Of a stretch of 64,000 nt of DNA, positions 13,201 through 25,200 are shown piece by piece. The notes under the pieces are model-generated. The model saw nothing but the letters and a program-made list of their open reading frames with translations. It searched no databases and was not told the DNA's origin. The stretch is from Pecten maximus (Eukaryota). The stretch covers positions 36,022,001 to 36,086,000 of the forward strand of contig NC_047024.1 of NCBI RefSeq assembly GCF_902652985.1, given 5' to 3'. The translations under genes were made by a program, and so were the position numbers. The first letter of the stretch is position 1; each line of letters begins with the position of its first letter.

Positions 13201-16200
13201 GTGGTATTTCTAGGTTTTATGTCAATTTTAACCCAAATTATGGTTGATGTCTAGCTCAAGACATAAAATCCTATCTGTAAAATTTGTTTAAGAAGAGGTG
13301 GGCTTATTAACAGGCATGGGCTTATCATCTGTGTCTTGTAGATAATAATGGGCCATCGTAGGTATCTGTAACATGTCCTATGTATTCCGGTAGTGTCTAT
13401 AATGGTATGGTTGTAGATATCTCTTTATGTTAATGACACGGACATATAGATATTGATACAAAATGAAATACCTACATAAATGGTGTCACAAAAAGTGTTC
13501 AATGAAACAGGATTCATGATTTATAGAGGAATGAGACAAAATCAATAAAAATAATTTTTGTAAAGGAAACAATTAATTCAGTTAAACATTTTGATAAAAC
13601 CTTTAAACTGTAAGAAACCCTGCTGGTTCTCTTCTTGTAATGTAAATTCTTTGATAAGGCTAGTATGTGTATATTAAAGACATAAATAGCTTGAATTTGT
13701 TGCAATTTTTTACAAATTTGCAGCAGAAGTGAAAGTGTAGGACTCCCGGAGTGCGAGTCTCCCGACAACACATTTACGTTTAGGTACATCTACACGTTCT
13801 TTATCCTGTTGTATAGTCAATTTATCCTTTATATTTACTAATTTTTTTACCATCAGCAACGAACAAAATCTGTTGTGTTTTTTTTTCTTTTACTTGATTT
13901 TGTGCTTTAATTTTCCTAGGCCTGACACATCATTTGATGCTGAAATTCATGGAGCCTAACACATTTATGACAAATAATATAATAAATCATAAATATTCAT
14001 GAGAGATTTTAAATATATTAAGATCAAGAAAATATATGTAATGAAAATAAAATTCTCTTTACTGTCATTCCTATATTCTGTGTTTGTGTACAAGGTTTTA
14101 AGGGCAACACTGATCATTAACAAATGATTTGATTTTGCTTTGAATAAAAGAGATATTTCTGCTTTGTTGATGCCTCTGTACAACCATTGCTTATTGTGTT
14201 ATACTCCTCCCTCCACCTCTAAACATTTCATTATCAACATGTGTTCCTCTCAGTTATGATAATTTTATATTTAGATGTTATCACTCTTATGTTTACACCA
14301 TACACAGAATTACCCCCCAGACAGACTCCTGTATATATAATGTAGTAGATTTGTTCTCACTTGTTGATTGTTGTGTTGTACTGTTTACTTGTTATATCAG
14401 TCTGTTCAAAACCTACAAATGTTATCAAAATTTTAGAACTAAAAGAAAAATTTAAGAAAAGGAATTAAAAAGACGATGTATTTGTAATATGAATTTGACG
14501 GCATTTATCTATCTCGCAGTGAGGGTAAGAAAGCAAAGAAGGGCAAGTTAAAACGCAAATTGTGTGGTGAACAGTACTACTACGCCAGGTAAGGAGTGGT
14601 CAAACTTGTCCACCACTGCACGCCACCTGTATACCAATCATTAACCTGTGCATGCTGTACTTACTGTAATTCTACTGTTACTGGTCAGTAACACTGGATA
14701 CAACAGCTGATAAAACCCTGTATATCTAACTTATCTCTGGCAAACATGCAGATGAAAAATGTTTGGGATAATAAACAAGATCTGTCATCAATGGCATTTG
14801 TAGGAAACAAAATATTTGCACAGTAGTTCTAGATTCTTTTGGGAAAAATATTTTCAATCAAATCACTCTTAAATCCATGTAAAATCCACATGAATTTTTC
14901 TTTGAGAAAGAAATTCAGCTGATTATTTAATGTTTAGAATAACATTTTCAGGAAATTTATCAAAAGTAAAATCATGGAATTGAAATCTTTGAAACTAATA
15001 TTAAATGTAACTTTAAACTCAACATTTTTTCATGATGAACTACATATAAAATCATTTTATGTAAGCTTGTATTATACGCATGAACTTCATTGACCATTAA
15101 AACAATTGAATATAAGCATGTTGAGATACACAGGGCAAAGGGAAGTAACTCATGAGGATTAACACAATGTATTGTGAGATATTTATCAAACCATGTATTG
15201 GTGAGCAGGTTTTCTTTGACAAAAATATATCTATATTTATACCTAAGATATTAACAAACAAAGGCTAGACACAATATGTCATATTTAGTGTATGTAGGGA
15301 GTAGGATATTTTGCGTACTGGGACATGGTTTCTAGAGCTTTGTTTTGCCAGGAATTATCCAATTATGCAATACTGTATTTAGTAAAAAACATACACTGTA
15401 TATGTACCTTACATTTTCACAAAAATCAACAAATTAGTTTATTTGTCTGCATTATTCCCATATTTGACTTTTACAAACAAGAAACACCATTAAACTGCAT
15501 CAGCTGTCAGATTCACATACAACCATGTACAAATGTATCCTTATAAATGTTGACATTAAACATGTACATATCCATGGTATTGGTGACATTAAACATCTAC
15601 ATATCCATGGTATTGGTGACATTAAACATCCACATATCCATGGTATTGGTGATATTAAACATCTACATATCCTTGTTATTGGTGACATTAAACATCTACA
15701 TATCCATGGTATTGGTGACATTAAACATGTACATATCCATGGTATTGGTGACATTAAACATCTACATATCCTTGTAAATGTTGACATTAAACATCTACAT
15801 ATCCATGGTATTGGTGACATTAAACATGTACATATCCATGGTATTGGTGACATTAAACATCTACATATCCATGGTATTGGTTACATTAAACATCTACATA
15901 TCCTTGTAAATGTTGACATTAAACATCTACATATCCATGGTATTGGTGACATTAAACATGTACATATCCATGGTATTGGTGACATTAAACATCTACATAT
16001 CCTTGTAAATGTTGACATTAAACATCTACATATCCTTGTAAATGTTGACATTAAACATCTACATATCCATGGTATTGGTGACATTAAACATGTACATATC
16101 CTTGTTATTGGTGACATTAAACATCTACATATCCATGGTATTGGTGACATTAAACATCCACATATCCTTGTAAATGTTGACATTAAACATCTACATATCC

Positions 16201-19200
16201 GTGTTATTGGTGACATTAAACATCTACATATCCGTGTTATTGGTGACATTAAACATCTACATATCCATGGTATTGGTGACATTAAACATCTACATATCCT
16301 TGTAAATGTTGACATTAAACATCTACATATCCTTGTTATTGGTGACATTAAACATCTACATATCCATGGTATTGGTGACATTAAACATCTACATATCCTT
16401 GTTATTGGTGACATTAAACATCCACATATCCTTGGTATTGGTGACATTAAACATGTACATATCCATGGTATTGGTGACATTAAACATCTACATATCCATG
16501 GTATCACAAACACAATCACTTCGCGAATATGAACATAAATAAATTACATGTAATTTGAAAAATGATTAAAACTTTCAGAGAAGATTTCTCCACCTTCTTT
16601 CTGAGTTTACATCTTGTACACCTGATGTCTGGCATGACACTGTTTCCTGCCCTTTTCCCAATATTTTTTCAACATGACTTTGTTGATTTTTACCAACTGC
16701 CTGGGAGATGTTGGTATGGTGTAGATCCTACACCCCTGGATCCCCCATACTCTCATATAAACATCTCTATAATCATCGTGATACTAGTGTGACACTGCAG
16801 GCTTCTGTTCACATAAACAACACGGTACACTTTCTTCACCATGATGCATGAGCTCTAATTTACAGTTAAAGGTCCCCAAACATTTCTATTAACAGTTTTA
16901 TCATAATATTTTTTTTTTTATTTAGTTTATATATCACATGTATTTATGATTTGATATGCTTATATATATAAATATATTCTACTAAGAAATAGAATAGTTT
17001 GTTTCTTTTATGGCTTCAATAATCAGCAGAATAAAAACTAGATCACTGGTCAGGTCTGTGTCAGGTATGATCTGATAATCTACATACAGTATTTATTTGA
17101 AAATAAATCCCTGCCCTGTACAAGTAAGTGCCATTCTTCATTTTTGCAGGATCATCAATTTTGAAATAGTATAAGCTAAAATGGTTCACAAATAAGCCTT
17201 TCCCAACCTTAAATATTACAATTTTACACTAGGGGAGGGGGCTTATTTGAGGATAAATATGGTACTAAACTTTTACACTAGGGGAGGGGGCTTATTTGAG
17301 GATAAATATGGTACTAAACTTTTACACTAGGGGAGGGGGCTTATTTGAGGATAAATGTGGTACAAAACTTTTATACATGGGGAGGGGGCTTATTTGAGGA
17401 TAAATATGGTACTAAACTTTTACACTAGGGGAGGGGGCTTATTTAAGGATAAATATGGTACTAAACTTTTACACTAGGGGAGGGGGCTTATTTGAGGATA
17501 AATATGGTACTAAACTTTTACACTAGGGAAGGGGGCTTATTTGAGGAAACATATGGTACAAAACTTTCACACTAGGGGAGGGGGCTTATTTGAGGATAAA
17601 TATATCACTAAACTTTTAAACTAGGGGAGGTCTTATTTGAGGATAAATATATCACTAAACTTTTAAACTAGGGGAGGTCTTATTTGAGGATAAATACAGT
17701 TTACAGAACAATCCTGGACAGTAGTGGTCACATCTGTTAAGCTGTATTGTTTTTATTAAATCTAATGTAGATCGCCATTAAAAGTTTTAATTAAGATCAG
17801 TCCTTATCTAGAGATCCCTGTATCTGGTTACTCTGTAACGGGTCAGGATTGGAATACCATATGTATATCATCTTACACTGATCGCAATCTTTAAACCTGA
17901 TTCGGATATAAGTCTTCTGACGTGTGCCAATTACTAGATGTTACACTAACAAGACAGATATCAGAAATTAGATTTTAGAAATATTCTCCAATTTGGGTCG
18001 CATTATTTTGAGACTTTTTTTTCCTGGACTGTTGTATAATTGTACTCCCCTAAAAGCAGAGTAATTGCCCTTTATTCTCCATGGGTAACATTGTCTGGGT
18101 ATATCTCCTATACTATTTCATCTACCAAGACTGTATAGTTATGGCCCATTATATTGGACCAGTTATATGGTTTTATGTCACAAAAGTTAATAAGGTTAAT
18201 ACAGTCAGACATCGTGCCTTTAGGTGTGCCGGCCGGCCAAGTCATCATTTTCTTACTTTCATTTATCAGAAAGTCTGTTGTCATTGCTAAGCACCCATAC
18301 ATTCCATATTGGTATTTCGGTTTGGTATCAACATGGTAAATGATTTGCTGTACTTATAGTCTGACCCGGACAGTGGCTGGTGGAGATTAGCTGATTAAAG
18401 TATTTACACTAAGCTGTATACTTTCTACTCCCTGTACATAAACCTTGTTTGAGACATAGCTCGGGCCACAGATATTACATTGTGGTAAAGGTTTACTAGC
18501 TTTGATATAAAAAATAGACATTATGTGATACCTACACATTACTGTCTATGACTGAATGTGAACATCAATTTAGTTTCTTTGAGCCATAATCATTGAAGGC
18601 AGTTTCAATCTTTTGCAATTTTTTTTATTTAGAGAACTTATTTTTATAACCTATTTTCTTTTCTAATTTTTCATTTGTTTGTACCATTTTACAGTGTACA
18701 GTTCAAATTCAGTTTTATTGAGATTTCTAACATTTAATCTCAATACAGTATTTGACCTAAGTGAATAATATAGCCATGCTGCCTGAGTTAGATTTTGGTT
18801 CTGGTGTTAATACTGCATCTGACTCTTTACTTCTCTGTGTGATACTGTGTCTGACTCTTTATTTCTCAGTTTGATACTGTGTCCGACTCTTTACTTCTCT
18901 GTTTGATACTGTGTCTGACTCTTTACTTCTCTGTTTGATACTGTGTCTGACTCTTTACTTCTCGGTTTGATACTGTGTCTGACTCTTTACTTCTCTGTTT
19001 GATACTGTGTCTGACTCTTTACTTCTCGGATTGATACTGTGTCTGACTCTTTACTTCTCGGTTTGATTCTGTGTCTGACTCTTTACTTCTCAGATTGATA
19101 CTGTGTCTGACTCTTTATTTCTCTGTTTGATACTGTGTCTGACTCTTTACTTCTCGGTTTGATACTGTGTCTAACTCTTTACTTCTCGGTTTGATACTGT

Positions 19201-22200
19201 GTCTAACTCTCAGTGAAAGTTCTCGTGGTGCAATGTCAGTTGTGATGTCACTAAGTGTTCTGTATGGACATGTTATTTAATGTGTTGAGTGATTGTCAAC
19301 AAACACCAACAATAGCTTGTTCATATCAATTTATACGTTAGCCATTGTTGTCATAACTGTGATACCAGTTGTCAATATTCATGAGATCAAATTGTTTTAT
19401 GTTTACTGTGAAAAGATATGACCATTAAGTACGTGTATATCTACATAGGTGTGGAGGAGGCTGTTACTCTGTTTCTTACAGCAAGAATTGACACAAATCA
19501 ATGAAACAGTTATTATCTGTACTAGACAGACGGACAAACTGTACTAGACGGACGGACAAACAGATAGACAGACAGGCTTTGGGAGACATACATAGACGCA
19601 TTATTGCATTTTGTATAGAGAAAACGTCCATATGTTCTTTTTGTAAGGACAAGTTTATATATTGGATGATACACATGTGTCTAGGAATGAGCCAAACCTC
19701 AAATCAGCCTTTTTGCATACTCTGCTTATTTGCATATTTTCACCTGAAAAAAATCACAAGCAAATAAGCAAATTCCTCTGTATATGAAAACATTGGTTGA
19801 AATTTTCCAAGTTTGAACAAAAATAAGTGAACACAAGATACTAGATTGCTTAGGAGTTGGATTTTGGTGTTTCTGGTGTAAGATGTCTTAAAAACGATAT
19901 TTAACAATAATGATATAAATGTTAGTTCAAATCTCTGATGATTAGAATAGGCTTATCAAAAATCTATAGCATTTACGGTAAATCTGTTTGGAGTACCTAT
20001 GATTGCCACTATGTGTGACGACTGGGTCGTACGAGGCTCAATGGTACCTTGATCCGTGCATAAGACCTTCAGAATTTGAATGACATTACGATTACTAAAT
20101 CATTGGAGTTTTATCCCTGTGTTACCATATACAGCAATTGTTTAAGTATTAAACTGGCCAGTGGTATTGGTGATAGGTGATCATTGTACTCGACAGGTAA
20201 ATCAATACCGACAAGTTTACATAGAAACCAGCTGTATGTATACACACTACCTATACCACTTCACATAGTGACTTGATACTACCACGAGGAAAAAACTCAA
20301 ACTACAGGTAAAAACCATGTCCTGATGTTATAAGTGTGTTAACGAGATTTGTGTTTATTGTGACTTATACCTTCTTCATGGATTATCACATTGACAGTGC
20401 CATAGGAGACATCAAGATCCTTGAGGTGAACCAGGAGGGCAAGTACATCCGGCTGTCCAACGACTCGGAGCAGGTAAGTGTTGGGTACAGGTGTGAACTT
20501 CCCAGAGTACAATAGGAATCCTATCTGTATTGTATCTTAGGGTTTTTGACAAAATGGACACATGCTTTGACAGATATTAATTAATATGCTTTGTTTGTGA
20601 TAAAGTATTGTCTTACTATACAGAGTACAGACAAACTTTTATAGTTAGCGTGTGAACATTTGAATTAGAGGCCATGAATGAAAAGCTAATGCAACTAAGT
20701 TTTTCTTTGTTGTTTTGGTAGAATATTGAAGATTTTTGTAACTCAACACAAATCGTAAGATACTAAAAATGGACTAATATATATATATATTTTTTTCTTA
20801 CTTAATTTTTTTAATGTGTTTTTATGAAACATCTTCTGGATATGCTATAATATGTGACTTAATGAAACCAAGTTTATATTCATAGTTTTATAATGTCATT
20901 GTCAATGGTTAATAATTACAAATAAAGTGAAAAATGCAATTTAATTAAATTTTCTGAGAAGTGAATTTTAATTACATGATAGACCAAATTTAAGGTACTG
21001 TACAAGTCATTAAATTAGACATTGGTTTTGGGTGATCCTGTTGTTACAAGTACAGTATTGAGATTGTTGGCTTGATAAAACGCTAGATTTAAATAATACT
21101 TGTAAACTAATGGCATTTGTCGGTCCATGTAATTTAAATAAATCTGCAATAAAATTCAGATTAAATATCCAATATGTGTCTCGAACACACAAAATGTATA
21201 TGTTATCTGACATGTGAAGCATCAGCGGTACCTGTTATTGAGGGCATGGAAACATTTAAGTCGGTGGTAATCCAGGTGACATTGTTACACCTCCTGGATA
21301 TCATTACGGAGAGATAGGTGTAGATTTAGAAGGAAATGGTATGTTGAGAGTTCACAAAGAAAAAATGTTCAACAGAAAAAATATGTGTGTTTATATCAAA
21401 GGAAAAACTTTCATTTTTCATAGAAGTAAAACTTCAAAAAAGCTCATTTGACTATCACGTATATATATGTGGTACTGGTACATTATTTGGACTACCCTGT
21501 ATGTGTGGTACATTATTTGGACTACCCTGTATGTGAGGTACATTATTTTGTCTACCCTGTATATGTGATACATTATTTTGTCTACCCTGTATGTGTGGTA
21601 CATTATTTTGTCTACCCTGTATGTGTGGTACATTATTTGGACAACCCTGTATGTGAGGTACATTATTTGGACTACCCTGTATGTGTGGTACATTATCTGG
21701 ACTACCCTGTATGTGTGGTACATTATTTGGACTACCCTGTATGTGTGGTACATTATTTGGACTACCCTGTATGTGTGGTACATTATTTGGACTACCCTGT
21801 ATGTGTAGTACATTATTTGGACTACCCTGTATGTGTGGTACATTATTTTTTATACCCTGTATGTGTGGTTCATTATTTGGACTACCCTGTATGTGTGGTT
21901 CATTATTTCGTCTACCCTGTATGTGTGGTACATTATTTGGACTACCCTGTATGTGAGGTACATTATCTGGACTACCCTGTATGTGAGGTACATTATTTGG
22001 ACTACCCTGTATGTGTGGTACATTATTTGGACTACCCTGTAATGTATGTGAGGTACATTATTTGGACTACCCTGTATGTGAGGTACATTATTTGGACTAC
22101 CCTGTATGTGTGGTACATTATTTGGACTACCCTGTATGTGAGGTACATTATTTGGACTACCCTGTATGTGTGGTACATTATCTGGACTACCCTGTATGTG

Positions 22201-25200
22201 TGGTACATTATCTGGACTACCCTGTATGTGAGGTACATTATTTGGACTACCCTGTATGTGAGGTACATTATTTGGACTACCCTGTATGTGAGGTACATTA
22301 TTTGGACTACCCTGTATGTGTGGTACATTATTTGGACTACCCTGTATGTGAGGTACATTATTTGGAATACCCTGTATGTGTGGTACATTATTTTTTATAC
22401 CCTGTATGTGTGGTACATTATTTGGACTACCCTGTATGTGTGGTACATTATTTGGACTACCCTGTATATGTGGTACATTATTTGGACTACCCTGTATGTG
22501 TGGTACATTATTTTTTATACCCTGTATGTGAGGTACATTATCTGGATTACCCTGTATGTGAGGTACATTATTTGGACTACCCTGTATGTGTGGTACATTA
22601 TTTGGACTACCCTGTATGTGTGGTACATTATTTGGACTACCCTGTATGTGTGGTACATTATTTGGACTACCCTGTATGTGAGGTACATTATTTGGACTAC
22701 CCTGTATTTGTGGTACATTATTTTGTCTACCCTGGATGTGTGGTTCATTATTTTGTCTACCCTGGATGTATATTTACTTGGCAGTTAATTTAGACACCTC
22801 CATATCTGGTGTGCTATTCTGTTAAGAGACCAATGTTATAACAGTGCTGTCTATTCCTAAACCTTGTCATATTTTATTACCTGTACACAAAGCACACCTG
22901 CTATTTTCAATCTGACAGGTTAAATCCACAATTCATGCAATTTCTTCCCTTTAACGTTTCATAATGGATTGTAGACTTATCTATTGTCTCAAACAATAGT
23001 GCTACAATCTGTGGCCATATTGTATGATAGACTGCCGTCACAGTCAAACAGTTACTCTGAGAACAGTTACTCAACAGCCTGTATACCTGGCTTAGTTGGT
23101 TTGTATAACAGACTTTATGATCAGTTAGCTAAATTTTAAAACATATTTCATTGCTTGTATATACTAAATTAGCTGAATATCAAAACATATTTCATTATTT
23201 AATTAAAAACTCCAGAATTCAAATAAATTTGATGAAATTTAAGGGTTGTAGAAATATAGGTGTAAATTGAATTAAAAATACCTAGAAAATTACTTACATT
23301 ATATCTCAATACAAATATAGATATTGGTCTTAGAATGATACATTATTATGTACAGCAATAGAAGAAATGACTGTAGTTACAGTTTTACTCTATTGCTTTT
23401 ATATTGGCTGATGTCCATTGTGAAGCAAAAAAAATGATATTGTGTTATTATTATGTGGACATATTACTGATGACTATATTTTGTATATCTAGGAGGCAGA
23501 GTTTGGAGGGTTTATGATCCAACAGAATGTCGGAGGACACCCAGTAGCTGTATACAGATTCCCTTCACGCGCCAAATTCCCCAAACAGTCCACCATCACT
23601 GTGTGGTCAGGAAGTAACGAGGCCATCCTACACCAACCCCCAACAGACTACGTGTGGAAGGAGCAAAGCAAGTGGGGCACTGGGCCCGAATGTACCACCA
23701 TCCTCTGTAAACCTAACGGCCAGGTAGGTCCTCAAACAGTTTTAGTCCACGAGGTTTCTCAAAACTGAACTATGTAATGGAATTTTGATGGATAATGTGT
23801 TCTCATTAGGAAACTTTTTCCTTGTGCGACAAAAGTCAGACTTGTTTCATTCTTGTTGATTTGACCAGTGGTGTCATTGTGACTTATTTCAAATTTGACC
23901 TAGATCTGTATGGTAGGTGTTGTCTTGACCTAGATTTGTATGGTTGGTGTTGTCTTGACCAAGATTTGTATGGTGGGTGTTGTCGTGACTAAGATTTGTA
24001 TGGTGCGTGTTGACCAAGATTTGTATGGTGGGTGTTGTCGTAACCTAGATTGTATGGTGGGTGTTGTCGTGACCTAGATTTGTATGATGGGTGTTATCTT
24101 GACCTAGATTTGTATGGTTGGTGTTGTCTTGACCAAGATTTGTATGGTGGGTGTTGTCGTGACCAAGATTTGTATAGTGCGTGTTGTCATGACCAAGATT
24201 TGTATGGTGGGTGTTGTCGTAACCTAGATTTGTATGGTGGGTGTTTTCGCGACCTAGATTTGTATGGTGGGTGTTGTCGTAACCTAGATTTGTATGGTGG
24301 GTGTTGTCGTGACCTAGATTTGTATGGTGGGTGTCACCAGTAAAGTAGAAGGAGCTTCCTCTTCTGGAACACCTGGTCTGAGTCATGTATACTTTTTCTT
24401 TGGTCCATACAAATGCATCTTTTTGTTCATATTTTGCCCTCATTTGATCAAATTGGAGTTACATGAAGTATACTGAATGAGTGAGAGAAAAAGAGTCGTT
24501 ATTATGTCAGCATTATCACTGTTATTTATATTGTAGAATTTCATGGTAACAGTGTAGAATTTCATTGTTTACATTGTAGACCTGCATTGTATACAATGTA
24601 GAATTTCATTGTTTACATTGTAGAAGTTCATTTTATGCATTATAGACTTCCATTGTTTACATTGTTCACATCATTGTTTACATTGTAGAATTTCATTGTT
24701 TACATTGTGAAATTTCATTGCTTACATTGTAGAATTTCATTGGTTACAATGTAGAATTTCATTGTTTACATTGTAAAATTTCATTACTTACATTGTAGAA
24801 TTTCATTGTTTACAGTAGAATTTCATTGTTTACATTGTAGAAGTTCATTGTTTGCATTATAGACTTTCATTGTTTACATTGTTCACATCATTGTTTACAT
24901 TGTAGGCTATTGCATGGACTACAGCTGCACACAGATTCACCAGAAACGCGTTTGAAGATACACGACCAAACTCAGACTTAGACGACTATCAAGGTGGGTA
25001 CCAGATTTCCTCCATAGATAATATTTGTTTGATATATATTTATCAGCTCAGAATGCGAACTCTTAATTTCCTTTAATCAAATAGCTGAAAATGATTTATT
25101 AAACATAAGTAATAAAAAAAAGGTTTTTACTTGACATTACTAATGGAGTGTCACGCTATCCCATCCACAATATAACACTACAGTGTGGTAGGACCAGGGC

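Noticed and set aside
15500-16542. 335-aa His/Ile-rich ORF and overlapping ORFs
   Set aside because: Translation of a 33-bp intronic minisatellite; no compatible splice sites or protein family.
21418-22793. 446-aa and other repetitive ORFs
   Set aside because: 30-bp repeat open in several frames on both strands.
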